Shown one piece after another: positions 9,834-18,851 of a stretch of DNA of 64,000 bases. The position numbers and the translations under genes are program-made. The stretch's first letter is position 1. Each line of letters opens with the position of its first letter. The stretch is taken from positions 1-64,000 of the IMG/VR virus record IMGVR_UViG_3300045988_126112, one strand, 5' to 3'. The DNA comes from a virus. The notes below the pieces were generated by a model. It searched no databases and was not told the DNA's origin. It saw only the letters and a list, made by a program, of their open reading frames with translations.

Positions 9834-10388
9834 TTAATCTTCTTTAAAGAAGATGAACAATCTATCTTTTAATAAACTTAATGAATCAAATGCTACTATA
9901 TATCCTGAATCATATTTTAAAAATGCTGGTTCTTTATAATATTTTTCATCTGATAAAGCTTTAGTAACATAAAATGTTCTTATTAAATCTTTTTGGAATA
10001 GATAGTTTACTTGTATTAATGTGGAAGGAATTGAATCGTATTCTATCAAGAATCCATTCAATTTATTATTATCATAATCTTCATTAAACGCATCTAATGC
10101 TTCTTCATCTGATTCTTTATATATATTTTCAGATTTCATATAAATAAAGAACATAGTTTGTTTTTCATTATAAGCCATTATTAGCATCCCATTTCCACTA
10201 TATAATTTTTCTAATTTATAATTATCTATTTCTTTTATTTTTTTCTCATCATCATATTCATCATTAGTTATCTGAATATAATAATTTGCTTCTTCTCCAT
10301 CTATTGATAATGAACATACTCCAACTAAAGTAAATTCATTTGTATCAATATTGTTTTCTTTCTCCAATCTTTCAATAAAATTTTTCAT
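9834..10388 (-). CDS. hypothetical protein
   Basis: 184-aa ORF with SD aggaggga. No family recognised. Confidence 0.75.
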   Translation of the reverse strand: MKNFIERLEKENNIDTNEFTLVGVCSLSIDGEEANYYIQITNDEYDDEKKIKEIDNYKLEKLYSGNGMLIMAYNEKQTMFFIYMKSENIYKESDEEALDAFNEDYDNNKLNGFLIEYDSIPSTLIQVNYLFQKDLIRTFYVTKALSDEKYYKEPAFLKYDSGYIVAFDSLSLLKDRLFIFFKED

Positions 10389-10396
10389 AACTTTCC

Positions 10397-10418
10397 CTCC
10401 TAAAATTTATATAATATA
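10397..10418 (-). promoter_or_regulatory. conserved 22-nt leader (minus strand TATATTATATAAATTTTAGGAG)
   Basis: Identical 22-mer to 9804-9825. It lies immediately upstream of the 9834-10388 start codon. Confidence 0.5.
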
Positions 10419-10464
10419 GCTTGAGAGAATTTCTTCTCCCAAGCCTTTAGTAACATAGTAATTC

Positions 10465-11079
10465 TTAGTGATGATGATGTTCACAATCACATTCACTTTG
10501 AAGCATATTTATAAATACAGATTCAACTAATTTGACCTTTTTATCAGTATCGTCTTCATATTCATAAGTAACCACTTGGTCCATAATTAATTTACCATTG
10601 ATTATTTCAAATATTTTTGAACCTATTTCATTTGGGTCTTGTGTATTTATATATAATGATTTAAGTAATTCCATTTCTGGACGATTTTCTTTATCCATTA
10701 ATGATACTCTTATTAAAATCAATGCTGCATTTGCAACCATAACATCTATAAAGATATTATTATTTATTTGATTTCTGAAAATATTTTTGTTTTTGTTTTC
10801 TTCTTTATATATTCCAGAAGTCTTTGTAAAGTCAGATAAGTCTTTAGTATTTAAACCTTCTCTTATATCACCATGGTTTATAAATACTTTGTCTTTATCT
10901 TTGATTTCTTTTTGACAAGATGTTACATCAAGTTTATTTGTCTTTTTGTCTAATTCTCTTACTGATAATAATACACAGTATTCTTCATCTTTCCCTGCTT
11001 CTCTTAAACTGATATTTGGAATATTTACACATTCCTTATTAATTTTTTCTATTGTTTCTTTTACATTTATTAGTTTCAT
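10465..11079 (-). CDS. hypothetical protein with native C-terminal CDCEHHHH tail
   Basis: 204-aa ORF with SD aaaggaggt. The 3' end reads gaatgtgattgtgaacatcatcatcactaa on the minus strand. Confidence 0.75.
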   Translation of the reverse strand: MKLINVKETIEKINKECVNIPNISLREAGKDEEYCVLLSVRELDKKTNKLDVTSCQKEIKDKDKVFINHGDIREGLNTKDLSDFTKTSGIYKEENKNKNIFRNQINNNIFIDVMVANAALILIRVSLMDKENRPEMELLKSLYINTQDPNEIGSKIFEIINGKLIMDQVVTYEYEDDTDKKVKLVESVFINMLQSECDCEHHHH

Positions 11080-11129
11080 AAATGTACCTCCTTTAATTTA
11101 TATTATTATTTATTTCAAAACCACAATGA

Positions 11130-11720
11130 CTAGAAAGTCATTGTAATTGGTCTTGCTATTTGTAAAGCTTTTACAACATTAACTTTTATTATTTCTTCAT
11201 CTTCTACTTTATATACTCTCTTAAGTATTTGGTCTTTCTTTAGAACGCACCAGTCATACCAATTATTATCAGATATATTGAATGCTGATGTTAATCCATA
11301 TAATTCATTTCCTATACAAAATACTTTTCCATTTTTTATTTCTTTTATAAATTCAAATAATATTGTAGCTCTATTTATTCTTCTTGTAAAGTTATCTAAA
11401 GATAATTTATAATTTCTTCCAAAATTATAGATATTCTTTATTCCTACTAATTTTGAGAAGTATCTAAATAGATATATGTTTTCATCAGTTAAAAGTCCTT
11501 CTGTAGTCATTACTTCTAACATCATTTTATCTCCTAATCTTTCTATGAATTTTTGATTCTTTTCATTTAAATTTTTAAAGAATTCAAAGTTATCAAATAT
11601 AACTTCTATTTCTTCATCACTATTATCTATAGCGTTAAAGTTTAGTAGTCCTACATAACTACTGTCTTCATATTTTCTTTCATTTATCATTTTTAGCATA
11701 ACTTGTTCTACATTTTTCAT
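11130..11720 (-). CDS. hypothetical protein
   Basis: 196-aa ORF with SD ggaggga. It is the first gene of the minus-strand cassette. Confidence 0.75.
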   Translation of the reverse strand: MKNVEQVMLKMINERKYEDSSYVGLLNFNAIDNSDEEIEVIFDNFEFFKNLNEKNQKFIERLGDKMMLEVMTTEGLLTDENIYLFRYFSKLVGIKNIYNFGRNYKLSLDNFTRRINRATILFEFIKEIKNGKVFCIGNELYGLTSAFNISDNNWYDWCVLKKDQILKRVYKVEDEEIIKVNVVKALQIARPITMTF

Positions 11721-11789
11721 AATTTTTTCCCTCCAATAGTTTTCATTAAATTAAATTTTTATTATATAGTATTGCTTTTATTACACTTT

Positions 11790-11799
11790 TATAATATAT
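11790..11799 (-). promoter_or_regulatory. ATATATTATA promoter-like motif (minus orientation)
   Basis: The plus strand reads TATAATATAT. It lies 70 nt upstream of the 11720 start, in the divergent intergenic region. Confidence 0.4.
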
Positions 11800-11876
11800 A
11801 ACCCAATATTATTTTAGTAAGAAAAAATATTATAGTCAACAAATTCAATAATAAAAATATAAGGAGGTAAAACAAG

Positions 11877-12677
11877 ATGAGTGGTTTTATAGCAAACAAT
11901 AGTGAATATAATATAAATACAGATCATTCAATGTCTGTAATATTATCACATTTCGATCCAGAGTTAATTCTGAGAACTGTTAAAGGATGGATAGATATAA
12001 AGTATGAAGAACCAATGCCTTTAATAAGTAATATAATAATGGGGTATAATGAAAATTTCAAACAACTTCTTCATACGTATCAAAATCAATTAGACCAAGA
12101 GCAAACAATGAATACTAGAAATATGATTTACAAGGATATAATAAATCTTATATGCAATGAATATAATCTAGAATTTAATATAGCAGATTATGATGAGATA
12201 GATTTGTATACTCCTGCATTTTATTTATTCAGATTATTAGTATCTGAATTTACTGAGAATGTAAAAACATTCTTTACTAATTTTATTTTAAAAGAAAAAA
12301 ATAATCTTTATGAAAGTTTAAACATGAATCAATTTAAGAAAGACAAAGATGCTAGTACAGTATATAACAAGAAAAGAATGGACAATAATAAACTAGCAAT
12401 CATAATATCTAGATTAGGATATGTAATAGATAATATTTGTGTATATGATATTTCATTTGAAGATTTCTTACGTAATGTATATTCAGATGAGAATTTAATT
12501 CAATATTTATTACGAATAGTTGCTCCTAGAAGTGATTTCTTTAAACAATATGTAGCAACTATGTTTGGTGAAATGTCTAAAGTAAGAGCATCTTTAATAA
12601 GTGGAATTACTATAATGCTATATAAAGCAGCTGGTAATGATATATTTATAAATGACCTTATGGAGGATGAAGAATGA
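11877..12677 (+). CDS. hypothetical protein
   Basis: 266-aa ORF with SD aaggaggt. No family recognised. Confidence 0.8.
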   Translation: MSGFIANNSEYNINTDHSMSVILSHFDPELILRTVKGWIDIKYEEPMPLISNIIMGYNENFKQLLHTYQNQLDQEQTMNTRNMIYKDIINLICNEYNLEFNIADYDEIDLYTPAFYLFRLLVSEFTENVKTFFTNFILKEKNNLYESLNMNQFKKDKDASTVYNKKRMDNNKLAIIISRLGYVIDNICVYDISFEDFLRNVYSDENLIQYLLRIVAPRSDFFKQYVATMFGEMSKVRASLISGITIMLYKAAGNDIFINDLMEDEE

Positions 12678-12844
12678 TTACGTTAAAAGAGAAACTTCAA
12701 GTAACATGTTTATCTATTAAAATAACATGTATAGTTGCATTAATTTCATTATTATTTATTAAAGAACAACGTGAGATTGGATTGTTTACAATTTCATTAT
12801 GTTATCCTATAGCTGATATATGCAATTATATATTAAAACGATAA
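12674..12844 (+). CDS. small membrane protein (56 aa, below the track cut-off)
   Basis: ATGA start/stop overlap with the upstream gene, with SD ggagga 5 nt upstream. I hand-translated it without in-frame stops: MITLKEKLQVTCLSIKITCIVALISLLFIKEQREIGLFTISLCYPIADICNYILKR. Confidence 0.55.
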   Translation: MITLKEKLQVTCLSIKITCIVALISLLFIKEQREIGLFTISLCYPIADICNYILKR

Positions 12845-12862
12845 AAAGTAAAGGTGATGTGA

Positions 12863-13051
12863 ATGATGAATAAAGAAGAAACTCTTAATACAATTTCTTT
12901 TTGTATTAAATTATTACTTGCTATAGGTGCATTACGAATAATTTATGATGCTAAATATGTAGTATTACAGTTATTTGGAATATTTATATTATATCTAATA
13001 ACAATTGCCGTTACTAGATTATTAAGATTTATATTTAGAGGAGGAAAATAA
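12863..13051 (+). CDS. small membrane protein (62 aa, two hydrophobic helices, basic C-terminus)
   Basis: Hydrophobic helices ISFCIKLLLAIGALRIIY and LQLFGIFILYLITIAV, with tail RLLRFIFRGGK. The topology is holin-like, but no homology is claimed. Confidence 0.6.
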   Translation: MMNKEETLNTISFCIKLLLAIGALRIIYDAKYVVLQLFGIFILYLITIAVTRLLRFIFRGGK

Positions 13052-13052
13052 T

Positions 13053-14234
13053 ATGTCAACAAAATTAACTGATGAACAAGTAAAAATGATAAGTGATACT
13101 TTAACTCAAGAAGGAGAAGCTCAAAAAGGAATAGAAGAATCTTATAGAAAAATAATGAATGCTTCAGATGAAGAAAAAGAAAAAATGCTAGAAATGCCAG
13201 AAGAAAATGGTTCAGGTGTACCATATAATGTATTAAATAAATCTCTTGTAAAAACTAATGCTTTAGTTTCAGTAAATCCTGCTACAGGAGAAAAAGTTGT
13301 AATGAAAGACCAATCAAAACTAAAAACTAAAACACAAGAAGAAATAGAAATAGAAGACTTACTAGGAATAACAGATGAAGATATATCTAATGCTGATATA
13401 AAATTAGCAGAAATACAAGATGAAGTACTTACTAAGAGTACTAAAGAATTAGCTGATTTATCTGATGATGATGCTATGATAATGCTTAATTTAATAAAGA
13501 AATCTGAAGATGGTATAGAAGTAACATATGATGAATTACCAACTAAGATAGCTTTATTAGTAGATAATCTTAGAGTAGGACCAGATGGTAAAAGAAGAAG
13601 TACAAAGACTGTAATAAAAGACTTATTACATTTCATTAAGAATCAAGCACAAGCTGACCAAGAAATAATAAACTTACAAGATACATTACAAAAAGAAATG
13701 GATATGCCATCTCTAATAGGAATGTATAATGAACAAACAGATAAACTTATGTCTGAAAGTTTAATTAATTTAGCTAATAAAGCTGAAGAACAAGGAAATG
13801 AAGATAAGGCAAAACAATTAAGACTTATGTCTAGTGTATATGAAGATGCCAAAAACTTTATATCTATAAGCAATGCTATAGAAAATAAAGAAAAAGAAGC
13901 CAAAAAACTTGATCGTGAAGTAAAAAGATTTAACAAATATATTAGGGACTTTAATTTTAAATATGCTAAGAATACAAAGTTCACTATAGATAGTCTTCAA
14001 AATACTTCACTTATATTACAAAGACATACACAATGTACAGAAGAACAAGCTGAAAAATTCTTAATAATATTCTGTAGAATTTGCTTAAATAAATCTTCAA
14101 ATGATGTAATAGATCACATATATATGTATTTCACTCTAAAAACAATTACTACATTGGACGCATATAAACCTAATGACGAAGTTTATGTGAAAAAGATAGA
14201 ACAATTATGTAATATATTACAAAAATTAAAATAA
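13053..14234 (+). CDS. hypothetical acidic protein
   Basis: 393-aa E/K/D-rich ORF. SD aggagga sits inside the end of the previous gene, so the two are tightly coupled. Confidence 0.8.
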   Translation: MSTKLTDEQVKMISDTLTQEGEAQKGIEESYRKIMNASDEEKEKMLEMPEENGSGVPYNVLNKSLVKTNALVSVNPATGEKVVMKDQSKLKTKTQEEIEIEDLLGITDEDISNADIKLAEIQDEVLTKSTKELADLSDDDAMIMLNLIKKSEDGIEVTYDELPTKIALLVDNLRVGPDGKRRSTKTVIKDLLHFIKNQAQADQEIINLQDTLQKEMDMPSLIGMYNEQTDKLMSESLINLANKAEEQGNEDKAKQLRLMSSVYEDAKNFISISNAIENKEKEAKKLDREVKRFNKYIRDFNFKYAKNTKFTIDSLQNTSLILQRHTQCTEEQAEKFLIIFCRICLNKSSNDVIDHIYMYFTLKTITTLDAYKPNDEVYVKKIEQLCNILQKLK

Positions 14235-14293
14235 GATTCTTGATATGATAACAATTATATAATATAAATGATATTATATAAGGAGGTGTTATA

Positions 14294-14845
14294 ATGAAAT
14301 ATTATGGTGAAATAAATCCACATAAATTTGATGGAGATTGGCATCCATCTCCACCATTAGAAGATGACTTTATTGATGGGAATTTTCATAATCATGATAA
14401 TCATTATAGAGATTACATGCTTACTAGTTTAGTAAAAGCTGAAATAGTAAAAACTTTAAAATTAGAATTATCAAGATATAATTGTAAGAAAACAGTTCAT
14501 CTAACTAAAGATGACAGAGTAGAAATAGTATATTTAGATCATTTACAATTAAGATATAAATTTGGAAGAATTAAAGATCTAGACACTAATAGACTTTGCT
14601 TAGATTGTTCAGATGAGTGTACATCTGAAATTATTCATGTGTCTTTACAAGATATAAGAGATATTGAAGTTTATTATGGAAAATTTATATTAAGACCAAA
14701 TAAATGTGAATTTAATGATGCTTATAAAAATGATTGTTGGTGCAAAGACGACAAACCTGAAAGATGTGATATTTTATATGTTCCTGAAAAAATGTACACA
14801 CAAGATGACATTGAGATATTATTACAATGGCTAAATGGAGATTAA
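14294..14845 (+). CDS. hypothetical Cys/His-rich protein
   Basis: 183-aa ORF with SD aaggaggtg. It has several Cys clusters (CLDCSDEC, CWC, C.F). No family recognised. Confidence 0.8.
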   Translation: MKYYGEINPHKFDGDWHPSPPLEDDFIDGNFHNHDNHYRDYMLTSLVKAEIVKTLKLELSRYNCKKTVHLTKDDRVEIVYLDHLQLRYKFGRIKDLDTNRLCLDCSDECTSEIIHVSLQDIRDIEVYYGKFILRPNKCEFNDAYKNDCWCKDDKPERCDILYVPEKMYTQDDIEILLQWLNGD

Positions 14846-14915
14846 AAGTATTTCGTTAGAATCAATAATCGTTTTTTATAATATAATAATAATATAAACA
14901 AGGAGTGATACAACA

Positions 14916-16385
14916 ATGGCAAATTATCCTGTAAAATTTGTACAACTTACTGAAGTACAATTTAAAGCATTAACTGCTAAAGATAAAGGTACTTTATATT
15001 TCTTATCTGATGTAGGTCAAATATACAAAGGAGATGTACTATACAGCGGTACAGTTATGGCTAAAGCTGGTGAAGCTGGTAAACAAGGTGTTCTTTATGT
15101 AGATGCTAATGGTAGATTATTCGAAGGTACTGGAAATGGATTTAAAGAAATAGTTCCAGCTGCTCATACTTTAGATGCTAAAGATGATGTTAAATCACCA
15201 ACATCTAAAGCTGTAGATGACTATCTTAAAACTAAATTAGTAGCAGATGTTACTTACGACTCTGTTGCTCAAAAATTATCTGTAACTAAATATGGTCAAG
15301 AAGCTGCTGATTTAACATTAACAGGTATGTTATCAGCTACTGGTGTTACTTATGTAGATGGTACTTTAACTTTACCAACTGTAAATGGTGAAGCTGTAGT
15401 ATTAAACTTACCAAAAGAAAACTTTGTTAAATCTGGTTCTTATGATGCTGCTACTCAATCTATAGTATTAGTATTAACACAACCAACTGAAGAAGGAGAA
15501 GAACAAAAAGTAATTATACCAGTTTCTGCATTAGTTGATATATCTAAAGTTGAAGGTTCTGCTACTTTAGATTTAAAAATGAGTGCTGAAAAAGTTATAA
15601 GTGGTGCTGTTAAAATATCAGCTGCAGAAGGTAACTTAATAGTTGCTAAAGATGATGGTATATTCGTATCTGCAGTTGACTTATCTGGTAAACTAGATAC
15701 AGTTGATAAAACTAAAGTTGACGAAATAGTTACTGTTAAAGCTGATGGTCAAGTTAAACCAAGTGGTAAAAAAGTTGGTGGAGCTACATTAGCTGATGAA
15801 GTTAACTCTAATACAGTTGCTACAGAAGCTGCTGTTAAAGCTGCAGATACTGCATTAGAAACTAAATTAGAAACAAGTATAGCAGACGGTTTAGCTCTAA
15901 AAGTTGCTAAAGCTGATATAGCTGTAGCTGCTGGAACTACTGCTGATGCTTCAGATGAAAAAGTTGCATCTCAAAAAGCTTTAGCTACAGTTAAAGAAGA
16001 CGCTGCTGCAGCTTTAACTGCAAAAGCTAAAGAATTAGCAGCATCTGTAGATGCTTTAAAAACTTCTGCTGCTGCTGCATATGTAGAAAAAGCTAATATA
16101 TCTACAGCTATACCTGCTGATGCTAAAACTGCTGTTGATACTAAAGTTGCATCTGAAAAAGCTGTTGCTGATGTAAAAACTACATTAGAAGCTGCTGATG
16201 CTGCATTATTAGAAGCAGTTACAAATATAAACAAAGCTAAAGTTGACAAAACTTCTATACTTGCTGCAGTAAGTGAAGCACCATCAGATGAAAAAATATT
16301 ATCTGAAAAAGCTGTTGACGCTTTAATAAAAGCAGTAAAACAAGAAATATCTGAAGGATTATCTTGGGATGATCAAACTGTTTAA
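14916..16385 (+). CDS. Ala-rich fibre / virion surface protein
   Basis: The N-terminus VKFVQLTEVQFKALTAKDKGTLYFLSD.GQIYKG resembles the common fibre N-terminal motif. The reiterated S(D/E)EK(V/I).S.KA(V/L) motif is typical of fibre shafts. Confidence 0.5.
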   Translation: MANYPVKFVQLTEVQFKALTAKDKGTLYFLSDVGQIYKGDVLYSGTVMAKAGEAGKQGVLYVDANGRLFEGTGNGFKEIVPAAHTLDAKDDVKSPTSKAVDDYLKTKLVADVTYDSVAQKLSVTKYGQEAADLTLTGMLSATGVTYVDGTLTLPTVNGEAVVLNLPKENFVKSGSYDAATQSIVLVLTQPTEEGEEQKVIIPVSALVDISKVEGSATLDLKMSAEKVISGAVKISAAEGNLIVAKDDGIFVSAVDLSGKLDTVDKTKVDEIVTVKADGQVKPSGKKVGGATLADEVNSNTVATEAAVKAADTALETKLETSIADGLALKVAKADIAVAAGTTADASDEKVASQKALATVKEDAAAALTAKAKELAASVDALKTSAAAAYVEKANISTAIPADAKTAVDTKVASEKAVADVKTTLEAADAALLEAVTNINKAKVDKTSILAAVSEAPSDEKILSEKAVDALIKAVKQEISEGLSWDDQTV

Positions 16386-16398
16386 TTATTAAACAATC

Positions 16399-16408
16399 AT
16401 ATATTATA
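16399..16408 (+). promoter_or_regulatory. ATATATTATA promoter-like motif
   Basis: Exact 10-mer, 91 nt upstream of the endolysin ATG. Here it lies upstream of the 16420-16449 hairpin. Confidence 0.35.
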
Positions 16409-16419
16409 AACTAGAGAAG

Positions 16420-16449
16420 AAGCTACTTGAGAAATCAAGTAGCTTTTTT
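16420..16449 (+). terminator. rho-independent terminator / leader hairpin
   Basis: An 11-bp stem aagctacttga/tcaagtagctt with loop gaaa, followed by ttttt. Confidence 0.7.
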
Positions 16450-16489
16450 ACTGTCAAACATATAATTAATTTGAAAGGAGGTAATATTA

Positions 16490-17536
16490 ATGGCTAATAA
16501 AGTAATGAGTGCTGAAACATTAGTTAAAAAATTAAAAGATATAGTTAATAATTATAAAACTATATATGTTTATGGCTCTATAGGTGGAATAGTAACAAAT
16601 TCACTTATAAATCAAAAAGCTAAACAATATCCATCTTTTTATACACGTGCAAGAACTGCTAAAATAAGAGCAAAAGTTGGAAAAGGATACTTTGGATTTG
16701 ACTGTGTTAATGTTATAAAATCAGTTCTTTGGGGTTGGGATGGAAATAAAAATGCATCTTATGGTGGTGCTAGATATGCATCAAATGGTGTAAGAGATGT
16801 ATCTGCAGATGGAATGATTTCTATATGCACATCTGTTTCATCTTCAAGATGGAATAGTATACAAGTTGGTGAAGCTGTATGGCTTCCTGGACACATAGGA
16901 GTTTATATAGGTAACGGATTAGTTATAGAATGTACTCCTAAATGGGATAACTGTGTACAAATATCTGGATTAGGCAATATAGGAAGAACTTATAATGGTA
17001 AATCTAGAAGTTGGAGAAAACATGGTAAAATCCCATATGTAAGTTATGGTAATTCAACTTCTACTAATATAAATGAAAATACTTCTACATTAGATACTTC
17101 AGTTGCTGGTACTTATAAAACTACTACTAATGTAAATATGAGAAAATCAGCTACTACAGATTCATCTATAATAACTACAGTTAAAGAAGGAAAATCAGTA
17201 GAAGTTGTAGGTAAAGTTTCTTCTTCTTGGTATAAAATAAAATATGATGGACATACTGGATATATGTCTTCAAAATATTTAAAGAAAGAATCTAGTAATT
17301 CTACAACAACAGATGATAAAGTTATAGTTACTGGGCATATAATAACTAAGAAATCTGTTAAATTAAGAAAAACAGCTGATTGGAATGAAGATGCTTCAGA
17401 TACATTCCCAGCTAACACTAAATTTACTGTAGTTGCTAAAGTAACTGCTAAAAATGGTAAGACAAAAATGTATAAAACTAAATCAGGTTACTATGTAACT
17501 GCAAGTGAAAATTATGTTACTTTTTATAGTGATTAA
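16490..17536 (+). CDS. endolysin: NlpC/P60-type cysteine peptidase plus two SH3b-like wall-binding repeats
   Basis: A Cys in GFDCVNVIKSV and a His in PGHIGVYIGNGLVIE match the NlpC/P60 arrangement. The C-terminus has two SH3b-like units (YKTTTNVNMRKS...SWYKIKYDGHTGYMSSKYL, then a second unit). Confidence 0.75.
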   Translation: MANKVMSAETLVKKLKDIVNNYKTIYVYGSIGGIVTNSLINQKAKQYPSFYTRARTAKIRAKVGKGYFGFDCVNVIKSVLWGWDGNKNASYGGARYASNGVRDVSADGMISICTSVSSSRWNSIQVGEAVWLPGHIGVYIGNGLVIECTPKWDNCVQISGLGNIGRTYNGKSRSWRKHGKIPYVSYGNSTSTNINENTSTLDTSVAGTYKTTTNVNMRKSATTDSSIITTVKEGKSVEVVGKVSSSWYKIKYDGHTGYMSSKYLKKESSNSTTTDDKVIVTGHIITKKSVKLRKTADWNEDASDTFPANTKFTVVAKVTAKNGKTKMYKTKSGYYVTASENYVTFYSD

Positions 17537-17542
17537 TTATAG

Positions 17543-17577
17543 TCTGCTTAGTCTTAGACTAAGCAGATTTTTATTTG
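17543..17577 (+). terminator. rho-independent terminator
   Basis: Stem tctgcttagtc/gactaagcaga with loop tta, followed by tttttatttg. Confidence 0.8.
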
Positions 17578-17610
17578 TTTTATAACCAATTATAAAGTGG
17601 AGGTGTAAAT

Positions 17611-18798
17611 ATGAGAGATGTAATAACTTTTATTAATAGAGAAAATGAAATAGATAATCTTAATAGTAGAATACAACAAAGTAGAGGAACTCTTATAGAA
17701 ATTCATACAGCAGATTTGCATTTTGGTGTTATGAATCCAAAAACACAATACGATATATTATGTGAGCAATTATTAAATAAAGTAGCTGATATACCATTTG
17801 ATATATTTTCTATCAATGGTGATATTTTTGATCATAAATTTATGTCTAATTCAGATGTAGTAATGTATGCAACTATGTTTATAGATAATGTAGTTAATAT
17901 GTGTAGACAAAAAGGTGCTACATTATTTATAATAGCAGGTACAGAATTACATGATTCTGGACAATTAAAACTATTTTATCATTATCTTGCAGATAAAACA
18001 GTAGATGTAAGAATAGTTGAAGAAGTTAAATTCGAATATACTAAAGGAGCTAAGATACTTTGTATACCAGAATTGTATAATAAAGGAGAAGAATATTATA
18101 AGAATATAATGTATACAAGTTGGTATGATGCTGCATTCATGCATGGAACTTATACAGGCTCAATTTATAATCCAAACCCAAAAGGATTAGATTCAGATAG
18201 AGAAGTAACATTTAAATTTGATGATTTTCAATATTGTAAAGGACCAATAATATCTGGTCATGTTCATACACAAGGATGTTTTGATAAGTATATATATTAT
18301 TGTGGTAGTCCATTAAGATGGAGATTTGGCGAAGAACAACCAAAAGGATTCTTAATACTATTACACAACTTAGATACACAAGAGCATTATACTTATTTTG
18401 AAGAAATACAATCATTTAGATATGATACTTTTAATCTAGACCATATGCTTATGTGTGATCCTAAAGATGTAATTGAGTATGTAAATAAATTAAAAGATTC
18501 TGGTATTCATAATATAAGATTAGAATTTACATCAGTAGATGAGAAGACTCTACCTAATTTCAATATAATCAATAATTACTATAAAAATAGTAATAGTGTA
18601 AAGATTAAATCTTCATATAGTCAAACTCAAAAGATAATGAGAGAGAATAGTGAAGTATTAAGTCAATATACAGATTATGATTATGTATTAGACCCTAAGT
18701 TAAGTCCAAATGAAATATTTTGTAGATATGTAAATCAACAAAAAGGCTATCAATATATTACAGTAGATAAACTTATAGAAATACTAAAAGAAATTTAA
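17611..18798 (+). CDS. sbcD: Mre11/SbcD-type metallophosphoesterase nuclease (T4 gp47-like)
   Basis: Calcineurin-type motifs appear in order: HTADLHFG, NGDIFDH, GTELHD, HGT, SGHVH. Confidence 0.75.
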   Translation: MRDVITFINRENEIDNLNSRIQQSRGTLIEIHTADLHFGVMNPKTQYDILCEQLLNKVADIPFDIFSINGDIFDHKFMSNSDVVMYATMFIDNVVNMCRQKGATLFIIAGTELHDSGQLKLFYHYLADKTVDVRIVEEVKFEYTKGAKILCIPELYNKGEEYYKNIMYTSWYDAAFMHGTYTGSIYNPNPKGLDSDREVTFKFDDFQYCKGPIISGHVHTQGCFDKYIYYCGSPLRWRFGEEQPKGFLILLHNLDTQEHYTYFEEIQSFRYDTFNLDHMLMCDPKDVIEYVNKLKDSGIHNIRLEFTSVDEKTLPNFNIINNYYKNSNSVKIKSSYSQTQKIMRENSEVLSQYTDYDYVLDPKLSPNEIFCRYVNQQKGYQYITVDKLIEILKEI

Positions 18799-18801
18799 CT
18801 T

Positions 18802-18811
18802 ATATATTATA
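18802..18811 (+). promoter_or_regulatory. ATATATTATA promoter-like motif
   Basis: Exact 10-mer 50 nt upstream of ATG 18852, followed by TAAGTGTAGTAAAATA. Confidence 0.45.
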
Positions 18812-18851
18812 TAAGTGTAGTAAAATATTTATATATACTGGAGGTAGTATT

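Noticed and set aside
10419-10444. Hairpin gcttgagagaa/ttctcccaagc between 9834-10388 and 10465-11079 as a minus-strand terminator.
   Set aside because: The stem has an internal mismatch and no T-run on the minus strand. I kept it only as a remark in the cassette finding.
10465-10480. The HHHH terminus as an engineered His-tag or cloning artefact.
   Set aside because: There are only four His residues, with mixed codons. They are preceded by a native-looking CDCE, and the flanking sequence is the usual phage intergenic hairpin and promoter context with no vector or linker sequence.
14240-14290. Host sigma-A type promoter (TTGATA ... TATAAT-like) upstream of 14294.
   Set aside because: In DNA this AT-rich, TATAAT-like hexamers are everywhere. 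The spacing was ambiguous when counted by hand, so I did not annotate it.
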